From Amphiscolops sp. MND2022 (taxonomy: Eukaryota): 64,000 bases of DNA. The notes below the pieces were generated by a model. It was not told where the DNA came from. It was given only the letters and a program-made list of their open reading frames with translations, and ran no database searches. Of the stretch, positions 51,251-64,000 are shown one piece after another. Position 1 is the first letter of the stretch. Each line of letters starts with the position of its first letter. The stretch lies in NCBI GenBank assembly GCA_964187785.1, contig OZ076409.1:33234001-33298000 (forward strand). Reading direction: 5' to 3'. The position numbers and the translations under genes are program-made.

Positions 51251-53900
51251 GTGGACACTCTCACCGAAAATCTTCTTGACTCTACCATCACAGAAATATT
51301 CTCAGAATTCATGCCTGACTACGTCTCCAACTCAGAGCAGATTACAGAAATAACAGCTGCAGCCGAACAGCCCAGTTCGTCGCCAGCTTCCCCCAATAGC
51401 GCCAATCTGCTAGATAGTGCTGAAAACGCCACGCAAGGCAATGCGTGGCCCCCTCTAGAAGTCACTGACTATAGTTTAAAGGAATGGCTAAATTCAAACA
51501 ACAAGCCATCATGCGAACTGAGCACCGCAGAAGAAATCACATCGCAAGATAGCGATTTAGCCACTCCACTGGCGGCTCTCCGAACCCCATCAATCCACAG
51601 GGACCCACTGCGTTCCCTTGCACTGACCAATAGTGCAGATCGAGAACCCTTTTCAAGCGCATACACTCAACAAGCAGGACCATCTAAGGCATCGAACAAC
51701 CAAAATGAAAACCCGCCCAAACAAATCGAAGATAACCCACTGCGGTACGTCTTCAAAACGCCCCCACCAAGAAGCTTGAGCTTCGGTCTTGCAAATACTG
51801 AACGACCCACCTACACGCCTAGCTCCAAAACCAGTGCGGAAACAGCCCCAGATTCCACCGTCACGAAGATACGAAAAGAGTCGCAGGCAGTCAGAGAAGA
51901 CTTCCGAACCAGTCTCGCCCAACGATCCCAAGTGCACTCACGATTGGCACGAGAAAATGGCGAACACGCGATGCGCGCCGACGCCATCATGAGGGACATG
52001 GACAAAATGAGAAAAAGACTCCCGGAAATACAAGCGGAAGGACGCCAAAACCAAGTAAGACTTGAAGCATCAATGGCCTCGCTCAACGATCTAATCAAGC
52101 AGCGGGAAAACCAGGCCGCCACTCGCATGGCCGAAATGTCCGCCGTGATGAAAGAAAGAGATCGTCAAGCTGACAAACGCCTGAAACTAATGACTGACTT
52201 AATGCAGCGCAGGGAAACCGACGCAGACGCCCGTATGATAAATTTGATGACCACAATGAAAGATCTGACGTTAGGAGTGAGAGCAATGGCATCTCAAACA
52301 GTCGCTGCACAAGCGAAAGCAGCGCCAGCGGCGCCAATCGCACCCCATTCCAGCGACCTACCTTCTACTAGTGCAGTCCCGCCCCCACTGCAAGCCACCT
52401 ATCGAAAAGTAGCACTACCCAGCGTCGAGCAAACCAAACCACTAAAGCTAATACCGCCCGCAACATACAAGAGAAATCCCCCAAAAACCAGCAAAATGGC
52501 GAGAATCCTCCAGACTGAGTCCCGCAACGTTGGCACGGATCCACTGTCTAGCATCTCTCTTGATCCCTATGCCCACGGTGCGGTGCATCAGCGACGGGAA
52601 ACTATTATTCACCTGCGAGCGGAATGACCACGAGAGAGTCAAACTACCGCACTGCAAGGACCACAGCAAGCACCAACCAGCCGAAGCAGGCATACATAGA
52701 TTTGGTCTCGCCGGTGGCTACTAGCACACAGCGTAAACTTACGACTAAACGAATGTTGGAGCAAGACCCAACCGAAATGGGAGAAACCCCAGAATCTTCG
52801 AATCCAACCCCCGATAACCCCAGAACAAGTCAACGGCATGCGCTGGCAGAAGCCATATCAACCGCGATGTCGAAGGGCCTCGAACCACTACTGGCAGTCA
52901 AGGAATCAAAAATCAAACCCACGAAGTATCGGGGAACGAAAGATGGCAACGCCGACGGATGGATGATGTTAACGAAAAGCCATCTGGAAAAAGCGCACGC
53001 CATGGCAACCACCCTCGATAAAGCCTGGACAATTTTCAAATACCTTGAGCACGAAGCCAGAGATTACATCATTAACAAGTCCGAGGCGGAGAGAGATACT
53101 GACGAAAAGGTCTTTGCGTTGCTGACACGCCGATTCGGAACGGGATCAATCAAGATTCATATCCAACAACAATTCAGAACCAGAAACCAAAACAGCGAAG
53201 AGGACTATATGCAGTATCTAGACGCCCTTGAAGGCCTAGAAGAAGTAACCGTTCGACGATACGAAATCATGCGAAGATTCATAGAAGGAGTACGCAACTT
53301 TGAGTTAAAACGAAATCTCGCGTTAATGAATGCTCCGGAACAATACGTGGAAGCTACTCCAACAACGGAAGCGGTCCGCTTCACTGTTCAACAATACCTG
53401 CGCATGCGTGGCTCCTCGCATCCAGAAAACTATCAAATGGCCCCTCAGCACACAACAACCCCCACAACCCCATCAACAACCGAAACTGCCTCTGGCAGTT
53501 CCCACTCCAGCACAACTTGCTCAACAACCCGTCCAACAACCACCGCTCCAACAACCTGCGCCATATAGGCAACAACCTCAAAGAGCGTGTTTCAACTGTG
53601 GCGACCCATCACACTTTGTAAAAGACTGCCCACTAAGAGATCGCGCAAGAAAGCCGGTACAACAACATGTCAACTCTTGCCATACAAACCCATCCGGAGG
53701 ATGGACTTGCTCATCTCAACCACACGGAATAAAAAACGAAGCTTACCCTGCGTCATTACCAATCCAGGGAACTGTAGCCTTCTGCGTCACTTGTGGCTGC
53801 ACCGAACACTCAGCATCCAAATATATCGCCCCAGAAAACCCCAAGCAAGAAGATCAAATCAGGGCAGCATGGTATACCCCTCAAACCAGCCAATTCGATA
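51251..53900 (+). pseudogene. gag: Gag (long disordered/coiled-coil N-terminus, capsid, zinc knuckles), frameshifted
   Basis: Coiled coil at ~51870-52290; capsid-like KPTKYRGTKDGNADGW...FRTRNQNSEEDYMQYLDAL...RFIEGVRN; CFNCGDPSHFVKDC knuckle plus a degenerate second CVTCGCTEH. Confidence 0.88.
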
Positions 53901-54395
53901 ATTCGTCACAGGATGATCAAGTCCGAGTGATTTCAGTAGCTGAAGCCGGAGGCCCATCACGGCCCATTGTTGTCACTTGTGGCGAAAAACAGATGCTCAC
54001 CACGCTGGAGGCACCCGCGCCGGACTGCACTGGGACCCTCATTTCGATCCATCTGCTCCTTTCGGCCGAACAAAAATCACTCCCCGAATTGACATTGGCC
54101 CAGCTAGAGGAAAAGCTATGCAGAAATACCTTATACACTATCGTCGCTCAACCACTACCGCACTTCGCCAGAGAAGACGAAACCAAACTGGCACCCATCC
54201 AAAAGGTAAAGACAGACAGTTTCTCGAGTCCCAGTGGATATCCATGTAGATGGCGTAGACATGAAATTCGACGCATTAGTAGTCCTAGAAGGACACTTCC
54301 CGCAGGGACTATACTTAGGCCGCCAAGAACTGCAATGCTAAAATATCGGCGTCCAAGACGCACAGGGGGAAGCTAGGATAGACGAAAGGGTTTCA

Positions 54396-54857
54396 TTGGT
54401 AGTTGCCTTTGGCACCACCCTGCAAGAACCCATCCCGCTGTATGACATGATAGACACAGGTTCAGGAGTCTCCATCCTCTCACTTTTCGCACACCAAAAG
54501 ATCGCCTCCGCCCACACCTTGAGCCTTCTACCATACGATATCCAACTGTTTGCAGCCAACGGCAAAACCATTAACACCATCGGTATAGCCCAAAACGTAA
54601 ATTTCCAACTAGGTGGTCACACGCTGAAAACGAACTTCATCGTCATCGCAGATCACTTGGGAGCAGAGGACTTCTTGTTAGGCCGCAACTTTCTGCGCAC
54701 CTCTAACGTCCTCTTCGACATAACTGCAATGAGAGTCACCATTCGCGACCCCAAAGCTCCTCGCCATTCCAAACCAATCCATGAGGTTAGTAACCATGAA
54801 CCTTCCCTAGTTGTTTCCACTGAAAAAGTAGTATTAGGCCAATTTGAACTGAAACTT
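54396..54857 (+). pseudogene. Retropepsin aspartic protease
   Basis: MIDTGSGVSIL, LFAANG, FLLGRNFL. Confidence 0.9.
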
Positions 54858-55630
54858 TGTACGACCGATTCGGGCAACACTTGACTGTTAGTCATGATTG
54901 ATCACTTCACTAAATTGGCAGAAGCCATCCCATGGGCCCACGACGAATACGACGCGCAAACCACGGCTACGATCATCCTCAACAAATGGTTTGCCAGGCA
55001 TGGCACCCCAGCACGGATGCAATTAGACAATGCGACAAACTTCACGGCTGAAATAGCTCAAGAATTAATGAAGGCATCGCAAGTCACTAAAGTGACGTCC
55101 ACGCCCGCACATCCAAGAGGTAATGGACTCGTCGAACCCCAGAAGAGAACCTTGCTTACCTTGCTTAGAGTCTACACGTCACGCAAAATGCAAGACTGGG
55201 ATGAGCATATTGACGGAGTGTTGGGTGCCTATAACTCGACTCTCGCCGTACATGCTCCAACATGGCCCAGAAAAATCCATTCCACTGTCATTCATATACC
55301 CAGAATTCGCAGCACGAGGATTCGACTCTAACTAGGTATTCGTAAAACACCTGCTGGCAAGGCAACAAGAAATCCATGAGTTAGTTCGAAGAAATACCCA
55401 TCAAGCCCAGCCCAGGCAAAAATTGAAATTTGACCGCCACCTCAAGGCAAAAGCACACGCTGTTGGCGACGCTGTTTGGGTTTTCTGCCACATAATCCCC
55501 AAGGGTGACACCCACAAACTGATTCGCGCATGGCGCGGACCCCACAAAGTAACCGATGTATTACAAGACGGACGTCTCTACGTACTTGATATTGGCCAAA
55601 AGGTCCATTATGAAAGATTAAAAAAACACG
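54858..55630 (+). pseudogene. Integrase core (N-terminus deleted) and GPF/Y-like region
   Basis: GNT*LLVMIDHFTKLAEAIP, LDNATNF, TPAHPRGNGLVE, YNST, VGDAVW, WRGPHKV, VHYERLK. Confidence 0.92.
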
Positions 55631-57940
55631 TACACGCCCCTTGTGACTGTGCCACACACCAACCCTTCGGACCAAACCAGAACGTAGCCACAATAGCCGA
55701 TCCATATGTGGAGGAATCTAATGAAGAAATCACCTCGGACATCTCCTGAGATTCATTTCTACCGGAACAACTCCCAGAGCCATCGTTCGAATTAGAACCA
55801 ACAAGGCCGGTTCGCCCGCGAACTATCCAAACCCGCACACAGACTGCTCTAGAACAGGGAATCCCACGAAGAAGATTCAGTCACTTCGATTACCCATCCG
55901 ACTCCGACTCAGATCCAGCAATAACAGAACCACCAATCCCAGACCCAGCTCCCCAGGCGGTATTCCCAGAACTCGACGACTTGGATCCCCTATTCTCCGA
56001 TCAAGAAGAAGTTTAACCAGAGATGCTCACCGAGAGTTTGATACCATCACCCTCAGGGACATCAGTTCCATTGTTATCCAACCCATCGCTTACAGACACC
56101 CTAAGCAACTTCCCCGTCTTCGTCCTGAGTGAGTCAAGACCCTTACCACAGGCAGAGCAGCCACAAAGGACCAATACCGAGCAGGAGAGTCAGAACCTTG
56201 AAACATCCACACTCCCAGTCCAACCAAACGATACAAGCGGACGAGGAAGACCACGAGGTAGACCCTCTGGTCGCAGAAACCAACGTACTACTTCCTCTAG
56301 TAGGGACGCAACATCTTCTCGGAAGCCACCGCTGCGGTCCAGAAAAGGCCCCAGAACGAGATTCTCTACTAGAGCCCAACCTGGAACTCACGATAGAGCC
56401 ATGAAGTTGCCTGAGATTCTTGAGAGCCCCTCATCCACTCAATCCGGCTCACGCGGAAATGTTTCAACACAGGCACCACGATACCAGCTACGAGCAAATG
56501 GAGCACCACGTTATAAATGTGGAACCTGCGGTTCCCGTAACTGTACTTGCGTACGCCAGATCATCATCGAGCCTCCGAATCTTCGATTGGCCCGGGGAGC
56601 GGTGATCCCAGCTTGTGAGCTCGCTCTGGCACGCACACTTCAATACCCGCAACATAGGATCCTAGCTGTGCGAGCCCAACGTCAGGAACACGAACTCTCA
56701 CCTATTGTACGACACATCATCGTGACCGTGGAGAAGACCTATACCAGTACAGAATCCGGAGTAGTGCCACCTCTAGAATCCACGTTAAAAGCAATGCATG
56801 ACTCTTCCTCTGACTGCCCTACTTACCGCTTTAAAGAATGGACTTCTAATGAGCGTGGTGGACTGGAATGTACACTAACCGCTATTATTCCTCCGTTACC
56901 ACCCTCAATTACTTTCGGAGAAGTGGCTAAAGCGTGCACCAATACACAGATGATTCGTTGCATCAATGCGCACCATTTATGGGAGAAGTATCAGGTGGTC
57001 TTCCCCCCCGGGTGACGTCCACCAACCTACCCACGGCTGGTCGCTCTTGGTCACTTCCCTCGATCACTCCTCCCTAGTTTCCCCAACAACGCTATTGATA
57101 TGTCTGGAAAACTTGCGCACCCTCGTAGAGGTAGATGACACTCTCTGTTTCCACCTTGCCGTCATCTACCGCGGAAAGTTTTTGAGTCAACATTGGTTAC
57201 AACTAATAGCTATCACCTTCTGCCGACAAGCCAAGATCCCCATCTTAGATCGATTAACCTACACACCGGAAGCGCCAATCACTCCCCGCAAAGCCCTCTC
57301 TGTAATACACGACTGGTCATGCATCAATATGGGCGACCGCCCCTTACGCCACACGGTATGGGAAGAGCGTCGAGCAATTTTCGAACATTTGACACCACAG
57401 CCAATCGACATCAACGACGACGCTGCAGGAAAATGGCTCATAACGCAACCAAGAACCAGACCAAGCTACGTGCCCTGGATAACTTACTCCAACACGGATA
57501 TCCTACAGGCCCCAGGCACCGTAGTGCTATGCTGTCCAGCAGACTCATTTTCTTACTCTGCAACAGCTTGCTATGTCATTCGCGAATATGGGCAAGAAAA
57601 CATATTCCGCCTAAAGCCGTCAGTCGGCACAGCCGTACGCTTGGACCGCTCGCCTACTGCACCCTGGAACAATCAAATTTTTCTCCTGCGTACCGGAGCC
57701 TCCAATAAACATCCGCTACTGCATGAAACCCTACACGCATGCCTCACGCATCTCCTACATCAACTCCATCAATGTCGCGTCACGCGATTTCACTTGCCCA
57801 TCTATGACCCAGAACGATCAATCAACTTATTATCAACTTAATACGCCACGCTCCGCAACCACTTCACGGGTCATTACCTAGAAATAATTCTCCACGACCG
57901 CGTTTACGTTTCCATTGCATCGGTAACTTCGTCCATGTAA
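55630..57940 (+). pseudogene. Long Pol C-terminal extension: acidic/Pro-rich linker, GRP motifs, Cys cluster, two macrodomain-like modules
   Basis: RGRPRGRP, PRYQLR, CGTCGSRNCTC, then TDILQAPGTVVLCCPAD...YG...VGTAV...IFLLRT...LHACL...VTRFHLP...F...LEIILH, matching the Poa1p/TARG1 macro pattern. Confidence 0.6.
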
Positions 57941-58289
57941 GGATCACGGACATTCCCTGAAACTGAAAGGCCAGAGGCCTTCCCGTTTTTTTCTCCACCA
58001 CTCTTTCATATGTTAGTTCCGTATGACAGAACGCACTCTAGCTCTTTTAACGATCGAGTATCATAATAAAGACCTTATAGTCCTAAGCACTGTCTTTTCC
58101 AATTATATACCCCTGTCTTTGTCCCATCTGCTTTCAGTCTGTTCTCGATCTATCCTTTTATGTTCACTTGCAACTTGCGTTTCAGTTTTGTCCTGTTGCT
58201 TCGCCCTTGCGCAGATATCCTACATTGCACCATCACCTTGGTTCGCCAATTTTGTTGTATCACCCCCAGTGCTATCCAACCCACCATCA

Positions 58290-61200
58290 ATGGATGCTTC
58301 TTCACGCAATCGTTTGCCCGCACCTACCAGTCAATAAAACCAACGATAACGTCCTGCCAATTCCTCCACTACCAGCACCCCTACCTCTGTTGGCGAGGCC
58401 AATGGTCGAGTCGACCAGCTTGCCTTAGTCCAACAAGCGCTACAAAATGGGGCCACCCCCACAATGATCGCTGGCTTTGCCATGATCATAGCCCAGATGC
58501 AAGCGCAAGCAGCGCACCCAGAAGTTCTACTAACCATCACCAGTAGCATAGGGCCGCTTCAGCGTTCCGCCACCTTCCGCGATGGAGCTTGGCATGGCTA
58601 CGACCTGACTCATAACCTAATCGATCCACGCTCCCACATGATTTACGGAGAACCTACCAGGCCTCCCATGGACCAAGAACGATCGTTTAGAATCTCCCCG
58701 ACTACCATACAACTACCCCCAATCGCAGGCTGTGGCCCCTTCCCCCGCCGATACAACCTACAACATTCAACTGCAACCTACCCTTAGTTCCTCCCCCAAT
58801 TTTGACACCACCCATGCCCATGGCATCTGAAAGCGTGCATTCATTCACACACTCGTCAACTAACTTCATGCTCCCTTCCGCCTTTCAGGGGGGAGGGGTG
58901 CAAGTGAGTCCAACCGAAAATGAACAAACCACAACAGAAGGACAGACAAGAGAAAATCGTCAAAGCAGAACGGTCACCTTCGAAGACTCATACGAAGAGT
59001 TGACGCCATCCTCATCTAGAAGCGAACCTCCGAGAAACAAACATAGTCGCCTGATAGGCTTCCAGAAAGACCCCAAGTTGAAAGAACGTCAGCGGGAGCA
59101 ACAACGGACAGAAAGTAAAACCACCAATGCCCCCATAGACCTTCGAGATAAACTCAATGGTGGAAAGAGAGCCGGGGAACAAGGCGACCAATCGAGTTCA
59201 AGAGGGAACAGGGGAGTTCCAGCCCCTTCGCCTAGTCAACCAGAAGCCGGGAGACAAAACGTAACAAGAGAACTGCTCACCGCAACAGAAATAAAACAAT
59301 TGGACATAACTGCAAGAGACGCAGTGCGTCTCCAACGAGAAATTCCGAAAGCATCTGATGAAGAGAATCCCTCAAGGCAAAAAATTGAAAGTGCAACCAG
59401 TAAAGGAGACTATGCAACACAACGCACTATAGAGAAGGCCAACATTGGAGTGCTCTACACAAGGCCAGTTAAACAACCGATATTCACAAAATGATGGAAC
59501 CCCGCCATGGTTCGAACGTCTCCGAAGGGATTTACACAGAGATGACTCCTCTTACCTCCAACCCTTGCAGACCATTAGCGAGCGGCTTACCCGTCAAAGG
59601 CCTGGTAGATTCGGAGAAAACCAACTGCAGACCAAAAACTACGCTAGAGACCCAATTACTCTACTGCCAATGTGAAAAGATTTGCTACAGAAAACGAGGA
59701 TCGCACTCTTCGTCGACTCGACAATCAAATCCTCGTACAACGCCAATAACACCTTGATTGATGTCAGATTGATGAATCTGCCCTGCACCTCGCTCGGCGA
59801 GATGGTGGAAGTCACTGACAAAATATTCACGCCAGCGGCGGCAGAACCAATACCCGTACCCTCAATCTTGGTATCCTCAAACGTGATCGATCACCTCGCC
59901 TTGCGAGGAACGTTGAGGTATTTTGATATGCAACACACCCGGTTCACAGAAGGATTCGTAACTGATGAAGTAGTAGCCTATGTGGAAACGATGTCTAACA
60001 TCGCCACGAGGATGAGAAACAAAAAGCCAAATACATATACCGTGATTGTGTCACCCCCTGGGTTCATATATCTCCCAAGAGCATTACAACAATTCTTGTA
60101 TCTGGTGCTAGAAACTTCTTATGCAAGGGACTTACATTTTTATTTTGTAGCGCCAAACCTCAGAATCAATGTGACAACATCGCGCCCTTGTGAAGCCTCT
60201 TACCCCGCTTTCTTAGCAGAAATATCCAAGGCCGTACAAGGATACACTGTATATAGGGGAAATTCGCAACTTCTAGTCGACGAGGCAACAGCTTATGACT
60301 ATGGGATGCAAATGTCGCCCAGATCGTTAGACGAAAATGGTGTGTGCCAGGTGAACGATCCTAATGAACAAGAGCGCAAACACCTTGTGGATAATTTATG
60401 GTGCGAACGGAAGGACGAATCCTCTCTAGACGATAAGACCCATGATCCAAAGTTCCACAAAGAGCTACTAGCTCTATTCAAGGTGACGGAGACAATCAAA
60501 ATGGAGCCAAAAAACACCACAGTGTTTCCAATAGCTGCTATATCAACAGACGCGCAACCCGGAATGGTATCGCCCACACTGACACTACTGATAGTGATGG
60601 CACGGAACCTGGCAAAGCAAAACGAGACGAAACCCAGGCAAACCTACCAAAAATGGCACCAAGCCTTGCGCGAAACTTTAAATCAAGTCGCTCTGCGGCT
60701 AGAAATTCCGTTCCCGGTACTCCTATATAACATATCCCCATTCTGGCTCCCAGTTTCGTACAAACAGAATATTACTTGGACGACCAACAGACACGCTTAT
60801 ATATGGAAGCTATGCAAGGAGCCACGATAAGCGAGATCTTGGGATATTTGATGGCAGTCGGGCTACACACAGTGTTCAAAGGACGTTCTGGCCTTCTTCA
60901 AAAACTCATCTGATAAAGGAAGCTTGTCTCTCTTCAGCTTCTTAGTGTATGCCCAGAACCAAAAGAATTAGAATTGGCTACAAGCAATCCTATACGCCTT
61001 GGACCCAGCAGGTCCCTTACAGTTAAAGAAAAGCAACTGGAGCTCAACATCGAAACCCTCCTCGCGTGGATCTACTCCACCTGGGTCAACGTTGCAGGAA
61101 TAATGCATCCTCTGGATGAGAACCCTGCAGTCAACAGAGAACCCAACCACCTCCCAGGTTTCTTGTTCCCCTCGCAGATTGCCACACTCATGCTGGTAGA

Positions 61201-62408
61201 AACGGAAGACCTGATACCCCTAATCGCCCCCATACTTTGGCCAATCGTCGGTGCAGTTATGGCGTTGCGATTCCCAACGCAGGTCCTGCGAGTAGCAGCA
61301 AATGCCCCTTCCCTTTCTATTCTACACTTTGTGATATCGGATGGATCCCAGCGGGGTCCTACCTACCAAAGAGCAGTCAGCAGCTTTGCCTCTCTACGAC
61401 CACCCTTGGCCTACACAATCATCAAAGACAAGAAACAAGTGGAACACAACTTCGCATCAATTATTCGAGGACGTGCGCGATGCGCCCTCCCACTGCCCAT
61501 GGAGTTCCACCCAATCGAATGGCTACACATTCCCCTAGATCGTGAGACAGGCGCGGCGGAGTCTTTCGCAAACTGGAATGCAGAAGTAGTCCTGAGAGTT
61601 CTAGACACAATAGTCCAGAGACTGGGCGGCAGGAAACGAGGTGAAGAAACCACCGGGTTGCGATACCCCTATGTTTGCGACCCATCACATGCCATCGAAC
61701 CAGCCCTCGTGCATGCCCAGCTCGCATCCTGGACGCAACGACGTGCTGGTCAAAACCAGAATTGGTGGACTTGGCTGTCAAAATGAAAGCCAAAATAACC
61801 TTGGTGGGCAAGGAACCGAACAAAAAGACCTTGCCAATCAGCACAGAGGTCCCTACAATCCGCGCGCTGCGCTGGAAATTATTCCTAAATCTGCACAGCA
61901 GACAAAACAGAAAGGACAGTCGGTTGGCGAAGATTATGCACGTGGAATCCAAATCTTCAGGAGACTATTTGTGCAATATGGTCACCCAGAATTAGCCAAT
62001 AGCCTACCCGACTTCCCACAGGGAAGTACCTCTGACCAAAACGTTACAACAAGTGCGACTGCCCCTGGCAGTTCACAACAGTTATCAACAGGCATACTAC
62101 CCTCGAACAGAACCGAAACACGAATGGAAGAAGATCAAGAAGACTCACCCATTATTGTCGATCCTAACGATGAGCCAATGACGGACGACAACTTCATCTT
62201 ATCGGATGGGGGAACTCCTGCCCAAGACGAACCCGAGGCGGGAATATCGCAAATGGATGCAGCCGACATTGAATCCGAGCTAGATAATCTGCTAACTATA
62301 GACGACTCTGTTCAATATCCTCCCTTGGTGGCGGATCCTTCTGCAAACCCAGGAACAGCAGTCACATTATCCATCCCTGACCCACAGCCGAATCAAAATA
62401 ACAAATAA
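58290..62408 (+). pseudogene. Extra sense ORF in env position (roughly 1,350 codons if frames are joined), with SGNH-hydrolase-like core
   Basis: Chain of long co-linear ORFs (58464, 58802, 59682, 60974, 61641) separated by single stops or frameshifts. RIALFVDS...LPCTSL...ILVSSNVIDHL...RNKKPNTYTVIVSPPG recalls SGNH blocks. Confidence 0.65.
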
Positions 62409-62974
62409 AGAAGCTACCTACGCTAACCAAGTAGAAACTAGACAGAGAAACACGCCAGTTACTTTCAAAAACATAAAAACTTTGTTTTGTTTGAATGGCC
62501 CTTTGTCATTTACTTTCAGTTTGTGCTATATACATTGCATCCTCAAGCGATATTCACTATATACATTATGTTTTGAAAAGTACTCGCTTAAATTTTTGTT
62601 GAACCGCATTGCGTTACTGGGCCCTGAAACAGTGTCCACCCCCTCCCACCTGGTAATTCACTGTTGCTACAAAGATCCAAGTGTTATTACTCATGCAGTG
62701 CAAGAGCAATTTTAAAAGAATTTTTTTAAACCCAGACTGTTAATTTTAGAATCAACTGTCATACTTGTAATATTATCCAGTACTCCTAAACTTGTTAAAG
62801 CCTGTCAACACTAGTGCGAAAGGAAATAATAGGAAAAAAGTAGAAAAACAAAAGAAAAAGAAATGAAAACAATAGGGTTTTGTCTGATTGTCTAGGCGAC
62901 TCTCATCGCAGTTACCCTCTGGGTATGATCATCCTCTCATTTGTCGAGGACGACAAACTACGGCCCCGGGAGGA

Positions 62975-63689
62975 TGTAACGCCAGCCACCGGCATGACAA
63001 AATTTCGATGAAAATTTCGAAATGTGCGATATCAAAACAGCACATTCAAAATGGCCTACGTAACAGGTACCAAGACGTGAACGAGAGAAAAAAAGTGCGC
63101 GAAAGCAGAGCAAAAAAGAAAGCACATGAGAAGATATCAAATAAAGAAAGAAGAACGCGATGGAAAAAAGAGAATTCAGCAGAAAAAAAAATCAACCAAT
63201 CGGAATGTTGTGCCATCTCTCCGAGAAGACACCCGAAAGTGAAGAATGATGCCAGAGGCCGAGTCGATGAAGAACCCTAAACTGTAATGTTGTTGGTTCT
63301 TATCCCCGCATTTGGTTGTCATTTATCAAGTATTTGGGTGATGTTGGACCTACTAGGTCTCAAGTTTAGAACTCATTCAACAAATACAATGTATTTCAGC
63401 TAGACAACTTTTTGGACGTCACAAGTATGTAGGAAGTCATAGGAACCTGCTAGAAACCCTAGGATACGTTTTTACAGGCTTGTGGGGCTCGTCTGGACTT
63501 TGAGAGTGCCGGCGCGTTGCTTCGGAGCTCTAATTTGGGAAGCCTCTTTGACGATAGAAAAGTCCCCCTAGGAGACTATTTTGGGATTAAAAATTAGTGA
63601 CTAGGGATGTAGTAAGAAAACGGTCTCCTGTTTAAGCACCCTAGGCATTGTCCCTCCTCCTAGATGTGCGTCGCTAGCCGGTCGTTACA
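62975..63689 (+). repeat. 3' LTR (715 bp)
   Basis: Preceded by CCCGGGAGGA, followed by TSD CAA. Confidence 0.95.
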
Positions 63690-64000
63690 CAAGCTCTAGT
63701 TCCTCTTAGTTGAGAACATGCTTTCCTAAAAAATTTGGCCTTCTTGAAAATTTCCCATAATTGTTTCCAGAGCCCCTGCGTGTGTTGTTCTGTTGAAGTA
63801 GTTTATCTGCTGTTTCACATTCTTTTTGTTGCAATGACTCAATGAAATCGTTGCTTGAAATGCAAAATGATCATTTTCAGTTCAAATTTCAACACGTGAA
63901 CGGAGAATTAATAACGTTTTTTTTTCCAACGCGTTTGCCTTGAGCCAGTTTTATATTCCAAACATAATTTAGAGACTCTTCATCAACATTCAACTTTCAT

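Larger units (their letters stand above)
47576..63689 (+). mobile_element. Ty3/gypsy-like LTR retrotransposon, 16.1 kb, RT/RNase H deleted, with extra domains and ORF
   Basis: LTRs 47576-48293 and 62975-63689 (TGTAAC...GTTACA), PBS 48310, PPT 62965-62974, gag-PR-INT order, 3-bp TSD CAA. Confidence 0.95.

Overview
Repeat-rich eukaryotic (animal, probably invertebrate) genomic DNA, almost all mobile elements. From left to right: (1) a decayed CGGBP1-like hAT transposase interrupted by a solo LTR (685-1468). (2) A young non-autonomous LTR element (4662-12201, minus strand, LTRs about 99% identical, one orphan 287-aa ORF). (3) A complete but pseudogenised Polinton/Maverick (adintovirus-like) endogenous virus. 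It is bounded by about 1.5-kb TIRs and a 6-bp TSD CCCTAT (13694/17968-34440) and carries pPolB, major and minor capsid, integrase, two ATPases and a cysteine protease. Its left end is tandemly duplicated, it contains an N-gap, and a hAT insertion splits its packaging ATPase. (4) The 3' exons of a host tachykinin-receptor-like GPCR on the minus strand, with introns full of foldback MITEs, a tRNA-SINE and a Penelope GIY-YIG fragment. (5) A 16.1-kb Ty3/gypsy-like element (47576-63689) with RT/RNase H deleted, carrying tandem macrodomain-like modules after integrase and a long extra ORF with an SGNH-like domain. Most notable: all three LTR insertions have 3-bp TSDs, and the two full elements share an identical 18-nt tRNA-Arg-like PBS set 15-16 nt away from the LTR. 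The Polinton is also peppered with 18/21-nt frame-preserving GC-rich micro-repeats.
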